Of a stretch of 38,423 nt of DNA, positions 21,201 to 31,200 are shown piece by piece. The translations under genes and the position numbers were made by a program. This DNA is from Ministeria vibrans ATCC 50519 (lineage: Eukaryota > Protista > Filasterea), in contig CALSCP010001042.1 in NCBI GenBank assembly GCA_943704425.1, positions 1-38,423 of the forward strand, in the 5' to 3' direction. Below the pieces are notes generated by a model. The model was not told where the DNA came from, searched no databases, and saw nothing but the letters and a program-made list of their open reading frames with translations. How positions within the stretch are numbered: the first letter of the stretch is position 1; every line of letters starts with the position of its first letter.

Positions 21201-21608
21201 ATTAGAAGCGCCAGCGACGTTAGCGTCATTGTCAACATTATCGTCAAGGAAGGCGTTGGAGGAAGAGGGAGAGCACAGTGTGGGGTCGTCATTGGCATCC
21301 TGGGAGGCATTCACGGTGTAGGTGCCGGCCAAGTCGGACGAAAGGGACGAGTTGAGGGAGCTGGCAGGGGACGAGGTACTTGAGCAACTGAGATGACTGG
21401 GTGAGGAGACAGCGGAACGTCGCCAGTCCTGCTCAAGGGAGGCGAGACGCGGCAAAAGGGCGTGTTCAATGATGAGAGAGTGTACATCGGAGCCAAACCG
21501 AGGCAGAGCGTGGTAGAGACTGTCCAAGAGAGCAACAGCACACAGACGAGTGCGCATGATGGTGAGTGTATTGGGTGCAATAGCGGTTTCGCTGGGTGAC
21601 ATCGACCG

Positions 21609-21654
<46 letters not shown>

Positions 21655-23081
21655 GGTAGTGGTGGCGGTGAGGAGGAGGGTTGGTTATCGGCGTTAACCA
21701 AAGAGTGTGGAGGGGGAAAGGAGGGAGTGCGCTTGAGGATGGCCTTACGTTCGAGGTCGGCTAGTGTACGACGGTGTGTGTCGGGGATAACGTGGTTGCG
21801 ACGTGCCCTGAGCTTTGGGTGGTAAGCCGGGGGCGGGTTTGATGGAGGAGGAAAAACGGCGGAGCAAGAAGAAGCGATGATGGCAGGAGGAAGTTGGTCG
21901 TTATTTTGGGTTATGTGGTTGTCTTCGCCATGGCTGCGGTCATTGTCGTCTTCGTCATTGTCGCCATACTCATTGTTATCGTCATCGTCGTTGTCTTGCT
22001 TGTCTTCTTCGGTACTCGAGTCGAGCAGAAAAGAGCTGTCGCTGGACGCAAGTCGAGCAGCCGGCGGTTCTGGATCAAATTGCGACGCAATGCACAGACC
22101 TAGGGCGGCGTCGACGAGCCGTGGAAACTCGTCGGGAGGAAAACTCGAACTCGACGACTGAATGAGGTACATGAGAATGCGTGCAGCGCTCACACGTACT
22201 GTCGTGGGGTGGTCAAGGGTGAGCAGACGACGGAAGAAGGGCAGGGCAGCGGGGAGAAGCGCGTCCAGGAGCACACGGGAGTCCATTTCGAGGGGAGACA
22301 CATCGACAAGGTTGTTGTCAAGTACCATGCCTTGCATGTAAAGCAGCACTTCTGGGAGCTGTCCAACAAACACGTCGGACTGTTGGGCCGTTTGTAGAAG
22401 TACACTGAGTCGCTGGGCTGCCGCGTACGTGGCGAGTGTGTGTTCGTCAAGGAGACCAAACTCCGACGCGGCCACTGCAAGCAATTCGACGGCCTGTCGC
22501 GATTTATGAGCCTTGCGCAAGCAGATGCTGCCAAGCATGGCAGCGTAGGCGGCGGCAAAGGCGGCGGCATGTACCGTCTCGGCTGAATGGCGCTCAGGCT
22601 CCGCCATGGTCGCAAGCAACATACTACGAATGTTGGCAAAGCGCAAGAACGACTCGGGCGCGGGCAATGACGAGAGTGTGGCGGGGAAGCCCTCGACACA
22701 GACGATTTCCAATTCGTTAAAGTGTGCGCACTCGACGGTGATGCGAAGGTGACGCGCCACACACGCCGCGCCCACAATCAAATGCTTTTCGTTGTAGCCC
22801 AAACGCCAGAAATGAGCCGTGCGCTCGTGCGTGCGGCCCAGCGGCACCCCAACAAAGCTGGTGTCGGGCGCGCGGCCGTCTGCGGCGCGTGATGCGTCCA
22901 CACGAGCGAGCGCAATGGACGCGGACGCAGGCATTGCCTTGCGGCTGCGAAGCGCCACAATGTCGACAAGACACAGCTCTGGGAGCGTGATCATCAGCAC
23001 CGTGTCTCGATCGGTGCTTCCCAGAGAATCCACGACGACCATGACGGGCGCCTCGAACAGATTGGTGGCAGAAAAGAACAT
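18297..23081 (-). CDS. Large (~1590 aa) uncharacterised ARM/HEAT-like alpha-solenoid protein with a putative N-terminal beta-sandwich, polyQ and acidic insertions
   Basis: Uninterrupted 4.8-kb GC-rich ORF from ATG 23081. Leu/Ala-rich amphipathic helices with HEAT-like motifs (HPTTVRVSAARIL, HPDAAVRFTA, SWALRSGC, DCDAFVRTCA). Family not recognised. Confidence 0.7.
21608..21654 (-). repeat. (CAA)n coding repeat (polyQ) in the solenoid protein
   Basis: (TTG)n on the + strand; Q15 in translation. Confidence 0.9.
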
Positions 23082-23337
23082 TTTTGTTTTTTTTTGTTTT
23101 TTGGAATGTTTTTCTTCTTTCTTTCTCCAATTTCTCGGACAAGCCAGACACACAAACTCTGAGACTACAACCCACACACAAGGTGTGCACTGGCGCTACG
23201 ACGACAAAAACGAAGACGACAACCGCTTTGGGATTTTACGTAAAATTATTATTATAATAATTTATTTTTAATCTATTTTCCAATAATTCCATAATCCCAA
23301 TCCATTTGTTGATTGATTTTGAATTAACGATATTAAA

Positions 23338-26300
23338 ATGTCGTTGTTGTCTTGCGCGCCGGCCATTTTGAGCGAGGCCGACTTGCGGCAGCAATTAGTC
23401 AAGTCTCTAGAAGACCGTGGTGTTGTGCGAACGCTTCGTGCACACGTTCGCAGTCGTCTCGCAGCCGATTTGCGCGATCGCGCCAACGGATGGGTTTCAA
23501 AAAACGTTACGGCCCCCACGCACAGCTCGGACCCGCTGCGCTCACGTGCGCTTGATTCACTGATTGTACAGCATCTCATGGTCTCGGGCTACGAGTGTGC
23601 AGCCGCCGTGTTGCGTCCTGAGGCGAGCCTGGACAGCAACGGCTCGCTCTTCTCCACAGACGATGCGCTCGCCATGCTCCGTCTTCTGCCTTCCCCAGAG
23701 ACCTGCGAGGCCGGCAATGGGGTCATAAAGAAGACTGCCGCCCCCTGCGAGGCCTCCAGTGGCCCTTCGTCCGCCTCCCCGCTTGTCATGCTGCTCGATG
23801 AACTTCGTCAACTGCGCTCCACCAGTGCCATGGCCAAGCCAGCGTCTCAGGATGAGTGTCCACCCCAACAGCAAGAGAACGATACTCCATCGGCGTCGTG
23901 CGGTCGTGACAAGCTTGAGACGGCGCTCTATCGCATCGACGTGGAGGCTCGGCAACACCAGGAGATGCACGGTGCGATGACGGCGACCGCGGTGGAGCAG
24001 CGCATGCTTGCCTATCAACGTGAATGTGACGACCGTGTGCGGCGCGAAGTGGAAACTGCTCGACAGCACATACGTACGACCGAATTGGCTTTGGTGCGCC
24101 AAGAGGAACGTGCCAAGTGTGCCCAGGCGATTGCGGAGCAGCGAAACACTCTTGAGGCATCCTTTCAGGCACGCCTTGAAAAACTCCGTCTGCACGAAGA
24201 GCAACAGACGACACTGCTGGCACAACGACGCGAGCAGCTTGAACAAGGCTTGCAGTCGCAACGCCAGGCACTCCTTATCGAAATGGAACGTGTGCAGAAC
24301 CACGAACGACAGGTGCACAACGAACAAGACTTGCTTGCACGTCAGAAGCAAGCGCACGCCGATCGTGTCGCCGAACACGACAAGGCACTGCATGCACATA
24401 GCGGTGCGGTGCAGGCGGCGCAGCAGCGCATCGAGGCCGAGGCGCAGGCCGAGCTTGTGCGCTACAAGACTGACTTTTTCGAGTCACAGCGCACGGCACG
24501 ACAGAGTCTCGAGGAAGCCCAGGTGCAGCTGCAGCACGAGACGGCACGTCTGCATGAACAGCGACGTGTTTATGAGGAGAGTGCCAATGACGAGCGCGAA
24601 CTACGTGCGCGCGTTACCGAACTCGCGCAGGACAACGCTCAGTTGCGCAACGCGCTCGCGCAACTCAAGGAGGAGCATCGTGAGACACTGGCGCAAGCAC
24701 GCGAACAGAGGGCCAGTGATGCACAGGCACAGGCAGTGGAGCAGAGCAGTGCACTTGCCGGTTGCGAGGCTGCTCTGCGTGTTGCCGAGGAGCACGCCAA
24801 GAGTCTCGCGCAAGAGTCTCGCGAACAGTCGGCGCGCTATCGCCAGGAGGCGGATGCCTGGCAAGACGAGCGACGGGAACTGGTGCAACGCCTAGCCGAC
24901 ACCGAGTCTGCCTTGCGGCTTCACCGAGCACGCCATGAGGACTCGCTTGAGATGGCCAATCGACTGTCGCTCAAGGAGAAGCACACACTCCGCGAACTTG
25001 CCGACGTGCGCCTTGTGTTGCACCAGACGCAGACGGCGCTCACGGCGGAGATGGAGCGCAATGCATTGTTGATCCAGGAGCAGTCGGTGGCACAGCAGTG
25101 TCGTTTGGAGAGTGATCACGCCGACACGCACGAACGAGAGTCTTTTCAAACGGCAAGTAATCTCCAGCGTCAGTTTGAGACGGACTCTCGTCAAATGGCA
25201 CTCATTACCGAACAGGAGCGTGCACTCGACAAGCAATATCGTGCTGTGCGTGAAGGACAGCAGTTGCGTCCGGCCGTGCGACTTGTCGGTGGTGCCACAA
25301 CCGATTCTGCTGCGTCTGCTACTACTGCTGCTGTGGCACGGAGCGACAATGAGTGGCGTCAGATATTGTCCAACGTACGCGAGCGCGCGACGACGAGAAC
25401 GTCTTCAACGACTTTCTCTGTTGTTGAGGCGAAGAAGCCATCCACTGCAGCCGTGTTGGAAACGCAGCTTAGTGACGAAGATAATAGCGATGATGATAAT
25501 GATGATAGCGATACTGAACGTCGACGAAAGGTCGCGCAGCGTCGAACCGCGCGTGATGCCGCCCATGAAGCGGCGGAGGAACGGGTGTATGAAATGGAAC
25601 GCAAGGTGGAGGAGGAGGAGCGGCGGCGGGTGGAGCGGGTGGAGGAGGAGCGAAAGATGCGGGAGCGAAGGGAAGAGGAGATGCGTTTGGAGCAAGCGAG
25701 AAGACAGGCGAAAGAACGAGACGAACTGGAGGCGCAACGTCGCAAGGAGGAGCAGCGGCAACGGGAGCAGGCCGACGAGACTGCGAGGGAAGCAGCACGC
25801 CAACGGAGCGAGATCGAAGAGAAGGAACGACGGGAGCGCGAGGAGGCGGAGGAGAAGACGAAACGAGGTCGACTCGAGGAGGAGGCGGAACGAGAGCGAC
25901 TCGAGGAGGAGGCGGAACGAGAGCGACTCGAGGAGGAGGCGGAACGAGAGCGACTCGAGGAGGAGGCGGAACGAGAGCGACTCGAGCGTGAACGTCGGAT
26001 GGAGGCGCTGGAGGAGGCGCGCAAGCGCCGTGAGCTCGAAGCAGAGCGCGAGCGGGAACGAGTCCTCGCCGAACTTGAAGAACTTCAGCGTCTTCGTGAG
26101 GAAGAGAAAAAGGCGGAACGCGAGTCGGAACGAGAGGTGGAGCATGTTACAGCACATCATAGTCCCAGTGTAAGTCCAAGAACCGCCAGTAGCACCAGCA
26201 GCGGGAGCAGTTTGCCTAGCAGCGGCGGTAGTGGTGGACGCACTCGTGGCGGCAGGCGACACGCACGGAAGAGACAGCCCTCTCAGCCTTCAGTTGATGA

Positions 26301-26745
26301 CCGAGACCCTGTAGTAGATCCAGTAGTGCAACAATACATGGAGCGAGTGCGCGCCGATCGAGAAGCAGCAGCAGCAGCAGCAGTGGCGGCGGCAACAGTG
26401 CAACCTGCTCTGCCTACGAGTACATCGCGCGTGTCGCCTTCTCCGCCATCATCACCATCTTCTCGCATCCCTTTGCGCAGCCGCACTGCCTCACCGCACC
26501 ACCTTCCACCCTCAGCGTCACCTTCATCCTTTTCGTCGTCGGTCACCTCACGCTCATCGGGTCGTCGTCGAGCAGCTGCAGCAGCAACAGCCCGGCCCGC
26601 ACGTGCATCCACGTCGTCTCCTACCTCCTCCGGTCGCTCTCAGTCGGTTCCTTCGCTTGATCTCTCTCCAGTCATACAGCGCGACCATGACGACACCCGT
26701 GACTTTTACATTGGTGATGAAGACTTGAGTATTGAGGAGTGGTAG
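23338..26745 (+). CDS. OFD1: Centriole/basal-body protein OFD1 homolog (TOF/LisH N-terminus, long coiled coil), intronless
   Basis: LSEADLRQQLVKSLEDRGVVRTLRAHVRSRL and LisH-like DSLIVQHLMVSGYECAAAVLRPEA. EQRMLAYQRECDDRVRREV coiled-coil start. C-terminal DPVVQQYM and an acidic tail ending in W, as I recall for OFD1. Confidence 0.8.
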   Translation: MSLLSCAPAILSEADLRQQLVKSLEDRGVVRTLRAHVRSRLAADLRDRANGWVSKNVTAPTHSSDPLRSRALDSLIVQHLMVSGYECAAAVLRPEASLDSNGSLFSTDDALAMLRLLPSPETCEAGNGVIKKTAAPCEASSGPSSASPLVMLLDELRQLRSTSAMAKPASQDECPPQQQENDTPSASCGRDKLETALYRIDVEARQHQEMHGAMTATAVEQRMLAYQRECDDRVRREVETARQHIRTTELALVRQEERAKCAQAIAEQRNTLEASFQARLEKLRLHEEQQTTLLAQRREQLEQGLQSQRQALLIEMERVQNHERQVHNEQDLLARQKQAHADRVAEHDKALHAHSGAVQAAQQRIEAEAQAELVRYKTDFFESQRTARQSLEEAQVQLQHETARLHEQRRVYEESANDERELRARVTELAQDNAQLRNALAQLKEEHRETLAQAREQRASDAQAQAVEQSSALAGCEAALRVAEEHAKSLAQESREQSARYRQEADAWQDERRELVQRLADTESALRLHRARHEDSLEMANRLSLKEKHTLRELADVRLVLHQTQTALTAEMERNALLIQEQSVAQQCRLESDHADTHERESFQTASNLQRQFETDSRQMALITEQERALDKQYRAVREGQQLRPAVRLVGGATTDSAASATTAAVARSDNEWRQILSNVRERATTRTSSTTFSVVEAKKPSTAAVLETQLSDEDNSDDDNDDSDTERRRKVAQRRTARDAAHEAAEERVYEMERKVEEEERRRVERVEEERKMRERREEEMRLEQARRQAKERDELEAQRRKEEQRQREQADETAREAARQRSEIEEKERREREEAEEKTKRGRLEEEAERERLEEEAERERLEEEAERERLEEEAERERLERERRMEALEEARKRRELEAERERERVLAELEELQRLREEEKKAERESEREVEHVTAHHSPSVSPRTASSTSSGSSLPSSGGSGGRTRGGRRHARKRQPSQPSVDDRDPVVDPVVQQYMERVRADREAAAAAAVAAATVQPALPTSTSRVSPSPPSSPSSRIPLRSRTASPHHLPPSASPSSFSSSVTSRSSGRRRAAAAATARPARASTSSPTSSGRSQSVPSLDLSPVIQRDHDDTRDFYIGDEDLSIEEW
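25870..25986 (+). repeat. 27-bp coding tandem repeat (RLEEEAERE) x4 plus a partial copy, in OFD1
   Basis: cgactcgaggaggaggcggaacgagag, four exact copies. Confidence 0.95.
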
Positions 26746-26777
26746 GAGGAGGAATCTCATTTTTCTCATTTTATTTA

Positions 26778-28151
26778 TTACACAAAATCTTTACATGTTT
26801 TGGTTAGTCGTTCAACAATGGAATTGAGTCGTTCTGGAGTATTACAGTCTTTACGTGTGACCACCGTCGTTTGTGATTCCAACAGAAAATCGGGCCCGTA
26901 TAAGGGAAGATATTGAGCAGAGGCGGGAATGGAGGAAGGCAGTGGTGGCCGCTGGAGGGCGGCCGCCGTGCAACGAACCCAGCAGCACGCAGACGCCGTC
27001 TCGTTGTAGCCTCCGCCGCCTAGCAGAACAGTGGGGAGGTTCAAGGCAAGCACACGCTCAACGCAGTGCACATAGGTCTGACTTGTGAGATTGAACGCGG
27101 CAAAAGGATCGCGCGCGAGTGCATCTGCGCCACATTGCATGACGATGGCGTCTGCTCTGAATCGCGCCACAACACCATCCAAGACTGTGTCAAAAAGAGC
27201 ACAATAACGCTCGTCGGTAATGCCATCGGCAAGCGGAACATTGACCGAGAAGCCCGTGCCCGTCCCGATGCCCACGTCGTCCACGTCGCCACTGGACGGA
27301 AAGAAGCCGCGTGCATGCTTGTGTAGTGAGAGGCACAACACTCTGTTGGACGAGACGAAGGCATCTTGGACGCCATCGCCGTGATGCAAGTCAATGTCAA
27401 TGTAGAGCACACGACGTACTTCCAAGGCGCGGGGAGCATCGCACAGACGCGGACGGCTGAGCAGGCGAAGAATGCACAAGACTGCATCATTCACATAGCA
27501 AAATCCAGCAGCACTATCGGTCGTCGCATGGTGCCAGCCGCCAGTCCAGTTAATAGCCACGTCACACTCGCCCGAAAGAAGCATATTGGCGGCCGTGAGA
27601 GATGCCCCAGCGATTTCCGTACAGTAACGAAATAGTGTCGGAAACGACGCACAATCATACTCAATTCCAAAGTCCTCCTCGTCGTCCTCCTCGTCGTCAC
27701 TCAGTCCATCCTCGTCCTCAACGGCACTCTCATCATCCAGTTGTGCTCCAAGCTGCTCTTCCGCCACCACCACCACCTCCTCCTCTTCCTCTTCCTCCTC
27801 CCCCCCGCCGCCTTCCTGCTGCAGCGTCCGTGCGCGTCGAGCGGCGCGTCGCAGTGCGCTCACGTACGCACTGGCATGAAACTCCGCGAGCTCACTTGAA
27901 CGAGCAGGGGTGGATTCCTTCACAATGTGCATCTCCGAGAGCAGACCATAGGCAACAATGAGGTCATGGGTGAGAAGCGCGCGTCTTGGCAGCTTCGGAA
28001 GTCGAGAGGCCGCTTGAAACAGCGAGCGCGACGAAACGTAGCCAATCCGTCGCAAAGCAGACCCCCGAGCGGTCGCAGTGCCGGAGGCCCTTGATGAGGC
28101 ACGCACTGATGCATCCCTGTCGTCATTCGAGGAGCTTCTGGAGCGCTTCAT
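26778..28151 (-). CDS. HDAC8: Class I histone deacetylase, HDAC8 subfamily, intronless
   Basis: FGIEYDC, AINWTGGWHHA (the W before HH is HDAC8-type), GFCYVND, LYIDIDLHHGDGV, SLHK...GFFP, VNVPL, GAD...DP, GGGGYN. Catalytic and Zn-binding residues are intact. Confidence 0.88.
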   Translation of the reverse strand: MKRSRSSSNDDRDASVRASSRASGTATARGSALRRIGYVSSRSLFQAASRLPKLPRRALLTHDLIVAYGLLSEMHIVKESTPARSSELAEFHASAYVSALRRAARRARTLQQEGGGGEEEEEEEEVVVVAEEQLGAQLDDESAVEDEDGLSDDEEDDEEDFGIEYDCASFPTLFRYCTEIAGASLTAANMLLSGECDVAINWTGGWHHATTDSAAGFCYVNDAVLCILRLLSRPRLCDAPRALEVRRVLYIDIDLHHGDGVQDAFVSSNRVLCLSLHKHARGFFPSSGDVDDVGIGTGTGFSVNVPLADGITDERYCALFDTVLDGVVARFRADAIVMQCGADALARDPFAAFNLTSQTYVHCVERVLALNLPTVLLGGGGYNETASACCWVRCTAAALQRPPLPSSIPASAQYLPLYGPDFLLESQTTVVTRKDCNTPERLNSIVERLTKTCKDFV

Positions 28152-28283
28152 TAAAATAATAATAAATAACCGTACTAACGGCGGGAATTTTGTATCATCA
28201 AAATGATTAGAAATTTAGGGGGGATTGGATTGTAATCAAGAAATCTCTCTCTTCTCTCTCATCTCTCTCTATCTCCTCTTTCT

Positions 28284-31200
28284 CTAAAGACATTGATATC
28301 CACCGTCGCTTGTGTGGTCGGCGCAGGACGAGGCACCGCAGGGCACAGCGAGAGCACACAGCCCGAGCGAGCCGTCCGACGAGAGAGTCGCTTTCTCCAA
28401 TGTTCCCGACATGTCAAAGGCAGTCGTGAATCCTGCCCCACTATTGACGCGACGAGTACCCAAGACAAGAGACTCGCTTGCGTCCGTCCCAAAGTCAATG
28501 GCGCCCACCAATGACTCGAGGGCCGTTCGCTGGCCGTTCACGTAGACACTCAGTGACAGGGTCAATTCGTCGTAGCGCATCGCAATGTGGGTACGCGTGT
28601 TAAGAGGCACATTGCCCAATCCTGACAGGAACACATTGGAAGAGCGTGAAGCAGTGCGATAGAACACTTGAAGACTCCCACTGCTATCGACGAAAAGGGC
28701 CCAGCGTCGTACAGCGCCCGAGGGCCCCTGAAACGCCAGGTAGAAGCTAGTGGCCGTTGTGACAACGTAAGTGCCAAAGACAAAGCTGCCCATGTTGGGA
28801 CGTGGAGTAGGCAAAAGCCCACCTTCAATTTCAAGACACTGTGCCACCGAAGTGGTACCATCGAGCGTCACACTGTCGCCAACGACAGAGGCACCGCCAT
28901 GTGTACTAGCGATAGGAATCAACGCGACAGTAGTTGAGTCTGAAGCGGTCTCGCAACGGGCCCCCGTAAACCCATTCGTGCACTGGCACCCGTATCCGCC
29001 GTCCACCGCGTCCACACACGTCCCTCCATTCTGACACACCCCGCTCGTGCTCGTTCCATCCCTGCCTCGCGACGCAAGCCCGCACAACAATCGACTGTCC
29101 ACACTCGTCACCACCACGCCAAACATGGCACCCTCGAAGTAGAATGAAAACGGACTGGCCCGTCGTGCCCCAACAACTGCGCCACCTGCAGTCGCGCTGC
29201 CCCCAGATATGTCCCCAGACGCAACAGTGGAGCCGCTCGACACTCCGTCGACGAACAGCGTGATTGCGCGTGAAGAACTGTCAAACGTCACGGCAACATG
29301 ATGCCATGCTCCGTCGTCCAGAGTGACGCCACTGAACGTTGCCCTCGACCGACTGGTCGTTCCCGCAAGCGTATACTCAAACCACAGCTGACGGTTGCCC
29401 GCCAAGAACACTCCGTAGTTCCGCAGACCATCGGCATCGTTGATGATCATCCACCCGCGATTCCCCAGCGTCTGTTGCACCCAGCCGGCCACAGTAAAGC
29501 CATTCAGAGGCAGGGCCGGCATTGCACTTGAGTCAGTGACGACGACCGTGGTCTCGGTGCCATCAAAGTTGACAGCATCGTTCGAACCAAAGGGATCAGC
29601 GACACCCACGGTGGGTGCGGGTGATCCCTTGCCAGTGTCCAGTGGCCATACCGAAACAAGGAGAGTCTCGCAGTGTTGTCCTTCAATGCCTAAGGGGCAA
29701 CGGCATTCGTAATCATTGACAAGATCGACACAGGTGGCGGAATTTTGGCAAGGATCAGACACACACGCGTCAAAATCAATTTCACAGGTGGCACCAACAT
29801 ATCCGGCAACGCAAAAACAGCTGAATGAAGCTCCATTACTGGAGCAAGTTGCACCATTGAGACACGGCGTCGAGGCACATGGATTGACCGTGTTGATTTC
29901 ACAGCTCTCGCCACTGAATCCAGCGGGACAGGAGCAAGCAAAGCCATTGATTAAATCGTCACAGCTGCCACCATTGTGGCATGGTTGCGAGGCGCACTCA
30001 TTGATATTGAAATGACACTGGATACCAACAGTACCAGGCACACAGGCGCACGAAAACCCGTTGGCGGTCGAGGAGCACACGCCGTTGTTAAGACAGGGCT
30101 GCGAAGCGCAGTGGTCGATGGGAATTTCGGTCTCGCACTGTGTGCCCACAAAGCTTGCTTGGCACACACACGTGAACCCGTTGGGCAACGACGAGCACAC
30201 ACCGCCGTTTGCGCACGGCTGCGAAGCGCAGTGATCAACAGTCTCGCACTGTGTGCCCACAAAGTTTGCTTGGCACACACATGTGAACCCGTTGGGCGAC
30301 GACGAGCACACACCGCCGTTTGCGCACGGCTGCGAAGCNNNNNNNNNNNNNNNNNNNNNNNNNNNNNNNNNNNNNNNNNNNNNNNNNNNNNNNNNNNNNN
30401 NNNNNNNNNNNNNNNNNNNNNNNNNNNNNNNNNNNNNNNNNNNNNNNNNNNNNNNNNNNNNNNNNNNNNNNNNNNNNNNNNNNNNNNNNNNNNNNNNNNN
30501 NNNNNNNNNNNNNNNNNNNNNNNNNNNNNNNNNNNNNNNNNNNNNNNNNNNNNNNNNNNNNNNNNAGTGGTCAGGAGCAATTTCGGTCTCACACCGTGTA
30601 CCCACAAAGTTCGCTTGGCATGTACAAGCAAACCCATTGGGAGATGATGAGCACACAGCATTGTTTTGACATGGCATAGACATGCACTTGTCCACTGGAG
30701 ACTCACAGTTGGTACCCTCGTATTCTGAGGGACAAGTGCACACAAAGCTGAGGATACCCGTATCCCTACAAGTGCCGCCATTTTGACACGGCTGTGAGAG
30801 ACACTCGTTCACATTCCCAAAGCAAGTACTACCACCGAATCCAGCGGTGCAGCTGCACTTAAACGACAGCGTACCCGTATCGGTACAGGTGGCGCCGTTG
30901 CCGCAGGGGTTAGGCTGGCAGTCGTCCGCATCCATATCGCATGTGATACCCGTGTAGCCAGCGGGACAAAGACAAGTGAAATTGTTTGTTCCGAGATCGA
31001 TGCAAGAGCCTCCGTTCAGGCAAGGGGTGCTCAGGCACTCGTCGGCATCGTCATTACAGAAGGTGCCCGTGTGAAAGCTGTCGCAGATACACGTGAAGCC
31101 CACCTGGACATTTTCATCAAGAACACAAGAACCACCGTTCAGGCAAGGCTGCAAATGAGAGCAAGCGTCCAGCTCGCTCTCGCAATGGACACCCGTGTAG

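Noticed and set aside
25870-25986. Regular short repeats as a possible CRISPR array
   Set aside because: No spacers; these are in-frame coding repeats in a eukaryotic gene.
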